Assembly (NCBI GenBank): GCA_951813565.1
Contig: OX638351.1
Span: forward strand, 3,776,001 to 3,840,000
Direction of reading: 5' to 3'
Source of the DNA: an uncultured Poribacteria bacterium
GTDB lineage: Bacteria > Poribacteria > WGA-4E > WGA-3G
DNA length: 64,000 nucleotides
Below the pieces are notes generated by a model. The model made no database searches. It saw only the letters and a program-made list of their open reading frames with translations, and was not told where the DNA came from. Both the position numbers and the translations under genes were made by a program. Shown one piece after another: positions 10,066 to 21,168 of the stretch (positions within the stretch are counted from its first letter, which is position 1; every line of letters begins with the position of its first letter).

Positions 10066-10095
10066 TTTTTAACGCTAACTCTTTTAGAGGAATTT

Positions 10096-11253
10096 ATGAC
10101 ACAAAACAAAACAATTTTATGGATTGTTGCTTGTTCGGTTTTATTCCTATGCGGCACCTTTGCGTTTAGCCAGGAACCTACGGTTACACCTCCCTCAAAC
10201 GCCACTGCAGTCGATACCCCAAACGACGATGGCTCAAGCATCACTATTACATGGGACGCAGCACCCGAAGATAGCGGTATTATAGGATATGTGATTCTAC
10301 GAAACAGTGATGCGGGAGAGTTTGAGGTAATAGCTGCTGAGTTGAAAGCAGACGCAACACTATATAAAGATAGCAAGGTAATAAAAGGTAAGACACATGC
10401 ATATATTGTGCGTGCTGTTTATGAAAACGAAACCCTTGTGGATTCCGTGCAAACTGCTGCTGTGAAAGCCAAGGGACAGTGGTTTCATACAGGCAAAATC
10501 GCTCTCTTTCTTGCCATGCTTCTTTTTTCAGCAGCGATTTTATGGAATATCTATCATGCGCGGAGTGGGAAAGAGGTATTTATTAGACGTATTCCGGGTT
10601 TGGAGGCAGTTGAAGAAGCCATCGGCAGAGCAACCGAAATGGGGCGTTCGATTCTTTACATATTAGGGTTAGGCGATGTAGACAATGTTGCTACTATTGC
10701 CAGTATGACGATTTTGGGACAAGTTGCACGTCGGACTGCTGATTACGAAACGCCTTTACGTGTTCCTTGTCGGGACCCAGTTGTACTAAACGTAGTACGT
10801 GAGATGGTGAAAACCTCTTATCTTGACGAAGGTCGCCCTGATGCTTACAACGAGGATGATATTTTCTTTCTTACTAACGAACAATTTGCTTATGCCGCTG
10901 GTGTCAACGGTATAATGATTCGCGAAAAACCTGCAGCCATATTCTTACAAGGGCAGTTTTTCGCGGAATCGCTTCTTATGGCAGAAACCGGTAATTCTAT
11001 CGGCGCAATACAGATTGCTGGAACAGATTCTGAGCATCAGCTTCCTTTCTTCATCGCAGCGTGTGACTATACCTTAATTGGTGAAGAACTGTATGCTGCA
11101 ACAGCTTATCTATCTAAAGATCCGATGTTTCTTGGAAGCCTCAGAGGACAAGATTGGGGTAAACTGGTCATCTTTGCAGGGATCATCATTGGCGTGTCAC
11201 TTGAGTTTTTCGGTATCAACTGGATCACAACACTCTTGCAACGGGTGAGTTAG
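10096..11253 (+). CDS. Fibronectin type III plus membrane domain protein (DUF6754-like, from recall)
   Basis: Signal peptide, FN3-like SITITWDA...YIVRAV, a TM helix, then RRIPGLEAVEEAIGRATEMGR and LIGEELYAA. Confidence 0.7.
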   Translation: MTQNKTILWIVACSVLFLCGTFAFSQEPTVTPPSNATAVDTPNDDGSSITITWDAAPEDSGIIGYVILRNSDAGEFEVIAAELKADATLYKDSKVIKGKTHAYIVRAVYENETLVDSVQTAAVKAKGQWFHTGKIALFLAMLLFSAAILWNIYHARSGKEVFIRRIPGLEAVEEAIGRATEMGRSILYILGLGDVDNVATIASMTILGQVARRTADYETPLRVPCRDPVVLNVVREMVKTSYLDEGRPDAYNEDDIFFLTNEQFAYAAGVNGIMIREKPAAIFLQGQFFAESLLMAETGNSIGAIQIAGTDSEHQLPFFIAACDYTLIGEELYAATAYLSKDPMFLGSLRGQDWGKLVIFAGIIIGVSLEFFGINWITTLLQRVS

Positions 11254-11261
11254 GAGGTTTA

Positions 11262-11945
11262 ATGAAGCGACAAGTACCCTTAGCACTCTGCTTCCTTTTT
11301 GGTGTAGCAATGATCATTACGCAGTTCAGTCCACATTCATATTCTCAAGCAGTTTATAGAGAGGTTATTGTCTGGGGACTCATAATATCGCCTTTCGCGT
11401 TAGTATTGGCAGTGGCAACTCTTGTCCAAACTCACGTGTCGCGAGTTCGTTTTCGTTCAGAACATTGGCAGTACAGTTTGGTTGTATTCGCAGGTATGAT
11501 AGTTATGGTTTTTGCAGGAGTGCCGTTTGGACCGCAAAACTCAATATTTGTATGGTTATATGACAATGTTCAAGTGCCAATGGATGCAACGATGTTTTCT
11601 TTGCTTGCCTTCTTTATTGCTTCGGCAGCGTTTCGTGCTTTCCGCGCACGAGCGTTTGAAGCAACGCTACTTCTTATCGCAGCCATGATTGTTATGATGG
11701 GAAATGTGCCAGTAGGTGATCTAATTTGGAATAACCTAATTTCTTGGATTCCAGGGGCAGACAATCCGGAAAGCTGGGTAAACAGCTTTGCTGACGGTGC
11801 GTCAAGGATTCGCCAATGGATATTAGATATTCCAAATGGTGCAGCACGACGCGGGATTATCCTTGGCGTAAGTTTAGGAGTCATCTCACAATCAATCCGA
11901 ATTATATTGGGAATTGAACGTTCGTATCTTGGTGGAGGAGATTAG
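11262..11945 (+). CDS. Polytopic membrane protein of unknown function
   Basis: About 6 TM segments, FSLLAFFIASAAFRAFR motif, GGAGG RBS. Confidence 0.8.
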   Translation: MKRQVPLALCFLFGVAMIITQFSPHSYSQAVYREVIVWGLIISPFALVLAVATLVQTHVSRVRFRSEHWQYSLVVFAGMIVMVFAGVPFGPQNSIFVWLYDNVQVPMDATMFSLLAFFIASAAFRAFRARAFEATLLLIAAMIVMMGNVPVGDLIWNNLISWIPGADNPESWVNSFADGASRIRQWILDIPNGAARRGIILGVSLGVISQSIRIILGIERSYLGGGD

Positions 11946-11948
11946 TTA

Positions 11949-12764
11949 ATGATTGAAAAATTCATGAATATGGATAGGCGAATAATTTTTATATTAGTTG
12001 CTTTAGTGGTTATCATACCAACTCTGATCCCTGTCAGGTTGCCAATTACAGTCTCAGAACCGACACAAAAACTGTACGACTTTATTGAGGAACTTCCATC
12101 AGGATCAACTATTATGATGGCTTTTGATTATGGTCCATCCTCTCTCGCAGAACCGGAACCGATGGCAAAGGCTGTTATGCAGCACTGTTTCAGTAAAGGC
12201 GTGAGAGTCATCGGTATGACACTTCTTCCCAATACACCAACCTTAGCTGATAAACTCATGCGGAAAATAGCAGCAGAAAACAATGCTGTGTATGGTCAAG
12301 ATTATGTATTTTTGGGTTATCGCCCTGGAATGCTACCGGTTATGCTCGGAATGGGGACGAACATCGCAAACGTTTTTGAGACCGATTACGAGAAAACACC
12401 TCTTACCGAAATTCCGATGATGGAGAATATTACAAACTATGATCAGATTGATCTGCTGCTTGATCTTGCTTCTGGCAGCACAACCGAATACTGGATCATT
12501 TATGCAAACACAAGATATAATTTGAAAATTGCTGCAGGCGTTACTGCTGTCATTATCGCTCAGATGTACCCTTATCTGCAATCAGGACAGTTGGTCGGCA
12601 TGATGCCCGGTTATTTGGGAGCTGCTCAGTATGAGAAACTTTTGAATGCCCCTGGAGATGGAACTATAGGGTTAAACACCGCATCCTTTGCACATCTTCT
12701 GATTATCGCATTGGTTATTTTGGGCAATGTCGCTTTTTTCATTCTTCAAGGAAGGGAGGAGTAA
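11949..12764 (+). CDS. Membrane protein with a soluble alpha/beta domain, unknown function
   Basis: N- and C-terminal TMs; YGQDYVFLGY and PYLQSGQLVG..GAAQYE segments. Confidence 0.8.
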   Translation: MIEKFMNMDRRIIFILVALVVIIPTLIPVRLPITVSEPTQKLYDFIEELPSGSTIMMAFDYGPSSLAEPEPMAKAVMQHCFSKGVRVIGMTLLPNTPTLADKLMRKIAAENNAVYGQDYVFLGYRPGMLPVMLGMGTNIANVFETDYEKTPLTEIPMMENITNYDQIDLLLDLASGSTTEYWIIYANTRYNLKIAAGVTAVIIAQMYPYLQSGQLVGMMPGYLGAAQYEKLLNAPGDGTIGLNTASFAHLLIIALVILGNVAFFILQGREE

Positions 12765-12767
12765 TTG

Positions 12768-13520
12768 ATGGAACTTTTTGGCATCTGGATTGCAGCGTTC
12801 TTAACGCTCTGCATCTACAGTTTTCTTTACCGAGATAATCCCTTCTATCGGTTTGCAGAACACCTTTTTGTCGGAATATCAGTCGGATACGGAATTGTAA
12901 TTGCGATTCACCAAGGAGTCATCCCATTAGCTTGGGTGCCTTTATCTGAAGCAGTGGCAGCACTCTGGACCGAGACAACAGCGATGGTTGGGTCCTGGTT
13001 CGGGACAGAAAGGGAAGTAGCACCAGAAACGACAAACGCACTTTGGGGACTATTTAAGATAATTCCTATTGCTATCGGTTTACTGTTTTTCGCGCGCTTG
13101 TCTCCTCGTTACAACTGGTTAGTTCGTTATCCTATTGCTATTCTTATTGGGTTTGGTGCAGGTATCGCAATCCCAAATATGTTGCAGGCGAACATTTTTG
13201 AGCAAACACGTGGTACAATTGAGCCATTTGCCTCTATTGGACCGTTTGTTGATGTTCCCCCAGACGCAAGATTATCTATTCTTGATATTTTCGGTGCGAT
13301 CTTGATGGTTATTGGTGTAATGTGTACACTCACTTATTTTTTCTTTTCTGTGGAACACCGTGGTCCCATCAATTGGCTTTCAAAGGTCGGTATTGCTTTC
13401 CTTATGGTAGGATTTGGTGCGGCGTTCGGAAACACTGTTATGGGTCGTGTTGCGCTGATGATTCACCGTGTCGGCTTCCTCATAAACGAATGGCTTGGCT
13501 CAATTGGTGCGCTGTTCTGA
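12768..13520 (+). CDS. Polytopic membrane protein of unknown function
   Basis: YSFLYRDNPFYRFAEH and FLMVGFGAAFGNTVMGR motifs; closely spaced to the upstream gene. Confidence 0.8.
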   Translation: MELFGIWIAAFLTLCIYSFLYRDNPFYRFAEHLFVGISVGYGIVIAIHQGVIPLAWVPLSEAVAALWTETTAMVGSWFGTEREVAPETTNALWGLFKIIPIAIGLLFFARLSPRYNWLVRYPIAILIGFGAGIAIPNMLQANIFEQTRGTIEPFASIGPFVDVPPDARLSILDIFGAILMVIGVMCTLTYFFFSVEHRGPINWLSKVGIAFLMVGFGAAFGNTVMGRVALMIHRVGFLINEWLGSIGALF

Positions 13521-13541
13521 CAAGACACAACCGTCAAGTTT

Positions 13542-13745
13542 GTAGGAGGGAACTCCGGGGAATGCCTAAAGACGAATGCGCTTGGTATTCTACATGATTC
13601 GCCATGATTCATACCCGCCAAATGCCTAAATGGCATTTGTAGCGTTGATTTCTTGATTTGGATTCCCGACAACATAAGGTCACGATTCGGAGATCGCTCC
13701 TACAAAGAGTTTGGGTGGGTCGCGATTCGGAGATCGTTCCTACAA
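13542..13745. repeat. REP cluster with nested hairpin inserts
   Basis: GTAGGAGGGAACTCC...GATTCCCGAC is split by a ~100-nt insert, part of which recurs at ~27915-27990; two ATTCGGAGATCG(C/T)TCCTACAAAG copies follow. Confidence 0.7.
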
Positions 13746-13783
13746 AGACAAGGAACTTACCTCAACCTTAAGGAGAAAACCAC

Positions 13784-14626
13784 ATGAAAATCGGATATAG
13801 CACATGGGGAATGCCTACCGTTCCTGTAGATACTGCTATTTCCCATATTGCGAACCTCGGATTTGATGGGATTGAACTGACCATCATCCCACGTTTTACC
13901 ACTGAGCTTAGCACACTTGATGCAGCAGAACGGGAACGCATTGCTACTTTGCTGAAACAGCATAATTTAGCGTTACCAGCAATCGCAGCACATTCCAACC
14001 TGTTAGAGACCGATGCGGATGCACATGCAAAAAACATGTGGCGACTTAAAGGCGGCGTTGATTTGGCTGTTGAACTCACACAAGGGGATGAACTACCTGC
14101 CGTTAATACTACACCTGGTGGAAAACCGGATCAGTGGGAAACAAAAAAAGATTTTCTTGCAGAAAGAGTTGGTGAGTTGGTTGATTATGGCGCATCGCGC
14201 GGTGTAACCATTGCCATGGAACCTCACATTGGCGCAATCATTGATACCCCTGACAAAGTGCTTGAACTGCTTGAAATCGTCAATTCTCCATACCTTAAAG
14301 TTAACTTTGACATTAGCCACTTTGACATTGTTGGCATACCGACTGAGGAGACAGTATCTGCGTTAGCGGCTGTTTCGGCACATACACATGTCAAGGATCA
14401 ACGTGGGATTCACCCTGATTTTGAATTCCTCATCCCTGGAGAAGGCACGTTTGATTATGTTGATTATCTTAAAAGGATGCAAGCACACGGGTATAATGGG
14501 TTTATTACTGCAGAGGTGAGTTTTATGGTGCAGGCACGTGAAAACTACGATCCGCTTGCGGCTGCCACCTTATCATACCAAACGTTGTCTAAAGCGTTTG
14601 TTGATGCGGGAATTGAACGGAATTGA
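13784..14626 (+). CDS. Sugar phosphate isomerase/epimerase (xylose isomerase-like TIM barrel)
   Basis: GFDGIEL, AMEPH, NFDISH, HTHVKD and ITAEV motifs. Confidence 0.9.
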   Translation: MKIGYSTWGMPTVPVDTAISHIANLGFDGIELTIIPRFTTELSTLDAAERERIATLLKQHNLALPAIAAHSNLLETDADAHAKNMWRLKGGVDLAVELTQGDELPAVNTTPGGKPDQWETKKDFLAERVGELVDYGASRGVTIAMEPHIGAIIDTPDKVLELLEIVNSPYLKVNFDISHFDIVGIPTEETVSALAAVSAHTHVKDQRGIHPDFEFLIPGEGTFDYVDYLKRMQAHGYNGFITAEVSFMVQARENYDPLAAATLSYQTLSKAFVDAGIERN

Positions 14627-14652
14627 TACGAATTCAAACCTATAAGGAAAGC

Positions 14653-16032
14653 ATGAAACCTAATATTCTTCTTCTCATGACAGACCAACAACGGTGGGAT
14701 GCAATGGGTTGCAGTGGTGGCTGGGTGCAGACACCAAATTTAGATCGGATTGCAAGTGAAGGTATCCGATTTACCAACTGCGTTACCACATCTCCAGTTT
14801 GTATCCCTACTCGGCTTAGTTTGGCAACAGGGCTTTACCCACACAACACTGGTGTTTGGAATAATATGAATCACACGATGTCGGCAGAAACACCGACTTG
14901 GATGCAAGCGGTGCGTGACGCTGGCTATCGGACAAGTCTGTTTGGAAAGACACATCTTCATCCGCACAACGGTGATTTGCGCGAAAAAGAAGGGTTGATG
15001 AACGAATATGGATTAGATGATGTTGACGAAATAGGAGGTCCGCGAGCAAGTACCCGTGTGAAGTCGCACATGACAGCGATGTGGGAAGAGAAAGGTTTGT
15101 GGGATGGATACCGTGCTGATTATCGGGAGCGATTCAGCACGAAACCTTACATAGTTCGTCCTTCAACGCTTGGTCTTGAAAACTATGCGGATGTCTACGT
15201 CGGACAACAAGCGAAGCAGTATCTGAAAAATTATGATAGACCAGAACCTTGGTGCTGTTGGGTCAGTTTCGGTGGTCCTCATGAACCTTGGGATACACCT
15301 GAACCCTATGCCAGTATGTACAACCCGAATGACATGCCACCACCAATCCCTCGGCCCTCCACCGGAAATCGCCCTCGCGGTAATTTAGATAGTATGATGG
15401 ATCGGATGAATCCTAAATTTGAAGAGGGTGAAGTCGGAAGATTGCGTGCGGACTATGCCGGGAATGTCACACTCATTGATGCACAAATTGGCGAAATCCT
15501 TGATGCAATTCAGGTACGTGGTGAACTGGAAAATACCGTTATCGTTCACTGCTCCGACCATGGCGAAATGAATGGTGATTATGGGTTGATTTACAAAAGT
15601 AATTTTCTCAACGGTGCTGTCCGCATCCCGTTCCTTGTACGTACGCCAGAAACCTTGAAAGATGTTACATCTGATCGTATCTGTGAAAGTCCCGTTGAAT
15701 GGATCGATATTGGCCCTACGCTTGTTGAATTAGCAGGTGGAGAGATGAAGCATCGTCAATTTGGTAAATCCTTGTGTCCTACACTGAATAACACCGAAAC
15801 ACCCCACCGTGAATTTGCAATCTCCGAAATATCTGGTGAGATAATGCTACTAAATCAAAAGTGGAAAATCGCGTTAAATTCTGACGGGATACCCTATCTC
15901 TTATTTGATGTGCAAAACGACCCGGATGAAACAAATAATCTCGCTGGCTTACCTGAGATGAAAGAATTAGAGACAGAATTACGATTGCAAATTTTAGAAT
16001 ACCTGTGCCACACCCAAACAAAAAAGCAATAG
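14653..16032 (+). CDS. Sulfatase (formylglycine-dependent)
   Basis: KPNILLLMTDQQR, CIPTR, GKTH, PHEPW and SDHGE motifs. Confidence 0.93.
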   Translation: MKPNILLLMTDQQRWDAMGCSGGWVQTPNLDRIASEGIRFTNCVTTSPVCIPTRLSLATGLYPHNTGVWNNMNHTMSAETPTWMQAVRDAGYRTSLFGKTHLHPHNGDLREKEGLMNEYGLDDVDEIGGPRASTRVKSHMTAMWEEKGLWDGYRADYRERFSTKPYIVRPSTLGLENYADVYVGQQAKQYLKNYDRPEPWCCWVSFGGPHEPWDTPEPYASMYNPNDMPPPIPRPSTGNRPRGNLDSMMDRMNPKFEEGEVGRLRADYAGNVTLIDAQIGEILDAIQVRGELENTVIVHCSDHGEMNGDYGLIYKSNFLNGAVRIPFLVRTPETLKDVTSDRICESPVEWIDIGPTLVELAGGEMKHRQFGKSLCPTLNNTETPHREFAISEISGEIMLLNQKWKIALNSDGIPYLLFDVQNDPDETNNLAGLPEMKELETELRLQILEYLCHTQTKKQ

Positions 16033-16080
16033 GGTTATTGTTTTTTATTGACAGTAAGAATCTTAAAAGCGGGATTTCTC

Positions 16081-17645
16081 ATGTCATACAAATGTACCTC
16101 CAAGAAAACGGAAATCACAGAAGATTGTCCGATTCAGGAATCGGACAATATCAACCGCAGAGCGTTCATTAAAGAACTGGGCATCGCAGGGGTCGGCACG
16201 TTGTCACTCTTAGGTTCAAATGCTCAGGCACAAAATAAAAAGATTGGGAATCAACTTGAAAGAGAAGCGGAAAGACCTAACATTCTGCTTTTGATGACAG
16301 ACCAGCAGCGGTGGGATGCAATGGGCTGCAGCGGAAATTGGGTTCAAACGCCAAACTTAGATCGAATCGCGAGCGAAGGTGTCCAATTTACCAACTGTGT
16401 CACGACTTCTCCTGTCTGTGTTCCAGCGCGGCTTAGTTTAGCAACAGGTTTATATCCGCACAATACTGGTGTTTGGAACAACAAAAAACACAAGATGGCA
16501 GCAGAAACGCCGACTTGGATGCAGGCAGTGCGTGCAGCTGGATACCGCACCAGTCTTTTTGGAAAAACACATCTCCACACTAATAATGGTGATCTACGTA
16601 AGCGTGAACACTTGATGAACGCTTATGGATTGGACGACGTAAACGAAATTGGAGGACCGCGGGCAAGTATGAAATGCTTGTCCTATATGACAGAAATGTG
16701 GGAAGAAAAAGGTTTATGGAAGCTTACCGTGATGATTATCAGAAACGATTTCGGACTAAGCCTCACATCGTTCGACCAACGGCACTTGGACTTGAAAACG
16801 ATGCAGATGTTTACGTTGGACAACAGGCAAAGCGGTATCTCAAAAACTACAACCGCCAAGAGCCATGGTTTTGCTGGGTCAGTTTCGGTGGACCTCACGA
16901 ACCGTGGGATACACCTGAACCTTACGCCAGCATGTACGACCCGAATGAAATGTTACCTCCAATACCCCGCCAAGCTGTAGGAGATCGTCCTCGTGGCAGT
17001 TTAGACAATCTTATGAAAAACAAGAAGAAAAGCCCTAAATTTCAAGCCGGAGAGGTCTCAAAGATGCGTGCTGATTACGCCGGTAATGTTACGCTCATTG
17101 ATACACAGATCGGTGAAATCTTAGATACAATTGAGAAGCGCGGAGAACTCGATAATACTGTCATCGTTTTCTGTTCCGACCACGGCGAAATGAATGGTGA
17201 TTATGGCTTGATTTACAAAAGTAACCTCCTCAACGGTGCTGTCCGCATCCCGATGCTTGTGCGTACCCCTGAAACATTAAAAAACGCTGTCCCTGATCGT
17301 ATCTGTGAAAGTCCTATTGAATGGATTGATATCGGTCCCACACTTGTTGATTTGGCTGGTGGCGAGTTGAAACATCGCCAATTCGGGAAATCGCTGTGTC
17401 TTGTGCTTGATGACACAGAAGCAACCCATCGTGAATTTGCGATCTCTGAAATCTCACGTGAAATAATGTTACTCAATCGAGAGTGGAAAATTGCTATAAA
17501 TAAAGAACGACAACCTTATCTTTTATTTAATGTTCAAAATGATCCAAATGAAACAAACAATCTCGCAGGTTTACCCAAAATGGAAGAATTGGAAACACAG
17601 TTAAAATCACAAATTTTAGAGCATCTTTCTCACACTCAAACTTAA
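16081..17645 (+). pseudogene. Tat-exported sulfatase paralog split by a 1-nt frameshift at ~16719
   Basis: RRAFIK Tat motif and CVPAR. The frame switches at KGLW/EAYRDD relative to the upstream paralog. Confidence 0.85.
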
Positions 17646-17756
17646 AACAATAAAATAACTGTCCTTTTTTGTGCAGCAGAACATTATATTTGCCCCATTT
17701 GGTGCATAATTCTGATTGTCACTTAGGGAAACGCTTGTAATTAGTGCTCCTGAAAA

Positions 17757-17772
17757 TGGCACGCGGATTGCT
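17757..17772 (+). promoter_or_regulatory. Sigma54 -24/-12 promoter
   Basis: TGGCACGCGGATTGCT is an exact match to TGGCACG-N4-TTGCW. Confidence 0.75.
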
Positions 17773-18033
17773 TATACACTTCCATTACTGTGAACAAATG
17801 ATTTACCGACCTCCTACGAGAGTCTATCATGCCCATTGAATGCAGCTGCACGATCTGTTCCATAATCTAAACTTTTTTGCCCCTAAGACGTCCAAAGTAT
17901 AGTTAAACTCTTCCAAGACATGTTGAAGGCACCATTCCAAAAACCCGTGCCAGACGATTTTTCCCTCTAATAATTCGGTAGACCAATTCACTAACCAATA
18001 AACCCAAATTTAAAAATCTAAAAGGAGATTCCG

Positions 18034-20172
18034 ATGAAAAGATTGAATTTCCACGCAGCATTAATAATCCTGCTCTTTACAGGACTTGTCCAATTTGTGC
18101 AAGCGCAAGGTATTATTGTTACGGGCCAACGTCAAATCCCAAGATTTGAAGCCTTAAGAATTGAAAAACACCATGTGAACGTCACTATTGACAATCAACT
18201 TGCAACAACGAAAATCGATCAGATCTTCGCTAATCCGAATAACATTCAATTGGAAGGTACGTATCTCTTTCCGCTTCCTGATGATGTCGCCGTTTCAGAT
18301 TTTGTGCTATACATTGATGGAAAACCGGTCAAAGCAGAACTGCTCGCAAAAGCCAGAGCGCGAAGTATCTATGAAGGCATTGTGCGTTCCATGCAAGACC
18401 CTGCTCTTCTGGAGTATATCGGCACCCGTGCTTTTCAGGCAAGGGTGTTCCCAATTCCACCGAATGGTGAAAGACGAATCCAACTGGAATACTCACAAGT
18501 AATTAGTGTAGATTCAGGGCTTGCCAAATATACATACCCGCTACGAACCGACAAATATACCCATCAATCCGTAGGAAGCCTTGCTGTTTCAATTGACCTT
18601 AAAAGCAAACATGCGCTCAAAACAATCTATTCCCCCTCACATGAAGTTGCTGTCAATCGGAAGAATGATCATCGCGCTAAAATCAGTTATGAAGGCACCA
18701 ACGTCCATGTAAAACGTGATTTCACCTGTTACTATTCGCTTTCCGACAAAGATTTTGGCATTGACCTGATTACCCATAGAGATGATATAGACGAAGACGG
18801 CTTCTTTATGCTCCTTATTTCACCTAAATATGAGGTGAAGAAAACAGAGATTATTGAAAAGGATTTTATCTTTGTTCTCGACCGTTCTGGGAGTATGAAA
18901 GGGCCGAAAATTAAACAAGCGAAAAAGGCACTTCGTTTTTGTGTGAACAGTTTAAATGATGGAGACCGTTTTAACCTCATTCTATTTAATACTGATATTG
19001 AACCGTTCTCCGATAAATTAGTTTCAGTAAAACAGGAACGGGAAAACGCGCTTGCTTTCGTTGACGATATTGTTGGAAACGGAGGCACAAATATCAATGA
19101 TGCTTTACTCGCTGCATTGAACGATAAACCGGATCCGAAACGACCGCGCATCGTTGTGTTCTTAACTGACGGAGAAGCCACTGTTGGTGAGACGAATACA
19201 GTACGTATTCTCAAGAATGTTTCTGGCGAGAACAACGATAAATCACGTATCTTTGTGTTTGGTGTGGGTTATGATGTGAACGTCAATTTGCTTGATAAAA
19301 TGGCAGAACAAAACGGTGGCACCCGTCAATATGTGAAGCCACAAGAGAATTTAGAAGTTGCTGTATCCTCTTTTTTCACGAAGGTAAGCGAACCTATCCT
19401 CGTCAATTTGGCTTTGGAAATCCAGAACATTAAAACCAAAAATCTGTATCCACAAAAGTTACCGCATCTGTTTCGTGGTTCACAGTTGACAGTGCTTGGC
19501 AGGTATGCTGGGACTGGAAAAACAAAACTAATCTTGCGCGGAGACATCAATGGGAAAAAACAGGAATTTTCCAATACAGCAAAGTTCCCTAAACAGGAAT
19601 CGGATCATCAATTTTTGCCAGCGTTGTGGGCACAGCGTAAGGTCGCCTATCTCGTTGACGAAATCAGACTGAACGGTGAAAACAAAGAATTGATTGAAGA
19701 AATTACCCGTCTCAGTGAAAAGTATGGAATTATGACACCATATACGTCATTTCTTGTTACAGAAGATGAAGCACAGCGGAGGCCGTCAGGTCGATTCTCA
19801 AGGGCGAGAACAGATCAGTCTGCTCCACTCTCTGCAGTTCAAGTCCGTTCGCCAAAACTTGCCCGCAGTGTAGGGCAGCAAGTTGAAGAAAGCGTCCAAT
19901 TACAAGCACTTCAGACGCAAGCACAAGTAGCGGAAACGGCTATCACTGTTCAGCAGGTCAAAAACAAGACCTTCCATCAACGCGGCAATGTTTGGATTGA
20001 TAGTACACACAAACCTGAAACTAAGACAACGAAGATTGAATTCGGAAGTGATGCTTATTTTGATTTGCTTAAGAAAGAGTCTGAATTAACGAAATATCTT
20101 GCGATTGGCAAACATGTTATCGTTTGTTATAAGCGAACATGTTATGAAATTCATCCGCCTAAGCAGCCGTAA
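18034..20172 (+). CDS. Secreted VIT plus vWA domain protein
   Basis: Signal peptide, VIT-like LEGTYLFPLP, and MIDAS DRSGSM...GGT...FLTDG. Confidence 0.9.
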   Translation: MKRLNFHAALIILLFTGLVQFVQAQGIIVTGQRQIPRFEALRIEKHHVNVTIDNQLATTKIDQIFANPNNIQLEGTYLFPLPDDVAVSDFVLYIDGKPVKAELLAKARARSIYEGIVRSMQDPALLEYIGTRAFQARVFPIPPNGERRIQLEYSQVISVDSGLAKYTYPLRTDKYTHQSVGSLAVSIDLKSKHALKTIYSPSHEVAVNRKNDHRAKISYEGTNVHVKRDFTCYYSLSDKDFGIDLITHRDDIDEDGFFMLLISPKYEVKKTEIIEKDFIFVLDRSGSMKGPKIKQAKKALRFCVNSLNDGDRFNLILFNTDIEPFSDKLVSVKQERENALAFVDDIVGNGGTNINDALLAALNDKPDPKRPRIVVFLTDGEATVGETNTVRILKNVSGENNDKSRIFVFGVGYDVNVNLLDKMAEQNGGTRQYVKPQENLEVAVSSFFTKVSEPILVNLALEIQNIKTKNLYPQKLPHLFRGSQLTVLGRYAGTGKTKLILRGDINGKKQEFSNTAKFPKQESDHQFLPALWAQRKVAYLVDEIRLNGENKELIEEITRLSEKYGIMTPYTSFLVTEDEAQRRPSGRFSRARTDQSAPLSAVQVRSPKLARSVGQQVEESVQLQALQTQAQVAETAITVQQVKNKTFHQRGNVWIDSTHKPETKTTKIEFGSDAYFDLLKKESELTKYLAIGKHVIVCYKRTCYEIHPPKQP

Positions 20173-20193
20173 GTCAAATAGATGTCCCTTTCA

Positions 20194-20853
20194 TTAGACA
20201 CGTTTAATCGTGTAAATGTTAATTGATGTTGTCCTCTGAGTTAATGATATAGAGCAGGTGGATTTTTCAAAGTCAAATCCGTTTTCACGGATGCATCTGA
20301 AAAATCCATCTGCATTTTTTCGATTCGGTTCAGAAAAGAGAGCGATACCTTCATCAGCCAGCAAACTCTGAAGTAAACATAAGATTGGTTGCCAATTCTG
20401 TTCCTCATATATCACATCTGAACCGAGTATCACGTCAAATTTGCTATGAAAGCACGGCGCGTTCCAATCCATCTGGACAAAAATAGCGGAATTTATACCG
20501 TTTTGCTGCGCGTTATGTTTTGAAAATAGAAGCGCATCATACTCAAAGTCTGTAAAAATAACTTTAGCACCCGCTTGACATGCGACAATCCCTCCGAGTC
20601 CAAAACCACAACCAATTTCAAGAATATACTTATCGGAGAACGTTTTCCGTATCTTTGATACGTGGCGCGCTAAGCCGATAGCAGATTCCCAAAGATAAAT
20701 CCAATAAGGTAGAAAAAGCGTGCCTTTGCTATCCTCTCTGCTCAGTTTATCTAAGAAATGATCAGGGTCATCTACAATCGTGAGTAAGATTTCTCTGTCT
20801 CCCAACTGGATTGCAGTCTGCGTGATTGGGTAATTTTTTAGATAGTTTTCCAT
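20194..20853 (-). CDS. SAM-dependent methyltransferase (METTL21/lysine methyltransferase-like)
   Basis: PYWIYLWESA, ILEIGCGFG and ILGSDVIYE motifs. Confidence 0.85.
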   Translation of the reverse strand: MENYLKNYPITQTAIQLGDREILLTIVDDPDHFLDKLSREDSKGTLFLPYWIYLWESAIGLARHVSKIRKTFSDKYILEIGCGFGLGGIVACQAGAKVIFTDFEYDALLFSKHNAQQNGINSAIFVQMDWNAPCFHSKFDVILGSDVIYEEQNWQPILCLLQSLLADEGIALFSEPNRKNADGFFRCIRENGFDFEKSTCSISLTQRTTSINIYTIKRV

Positions 20854-21139
20854 CTATTCATAATACCTGAAATTTATAGCGTTCACTAAATCAGCATCTT
20901 CAACCAAAGTAGAAGCTGTTTTTGTAAGGATTATACCAATGTACACTACTTTATGCACACTTATCTGTAAACTCATCGGTTTTTTACTATTTTGGCATGG
21001 CCGCAACCGGGAAGTCGCTCCTATAGGAAGAGATATTTGACAGAAAGTAGGAACTATTGAAGAATTGAATGGCTCTGTGTAAACATTGAGCAGTGCTATA
21101 GCACCGCTCAATTCTATAACATTTGCATGACAATTGCAC

Positions 21140-21168
21140 TTGTCAAAATGGGGTAAATTTGCTACTAT
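21140..21168 (+). promoter_or_regulatory. Sigma70 promoter
   Basis: TTGTCA, 17-bp spacer, TACTAT, with an extended -10 TG. Confidence 0.55.
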
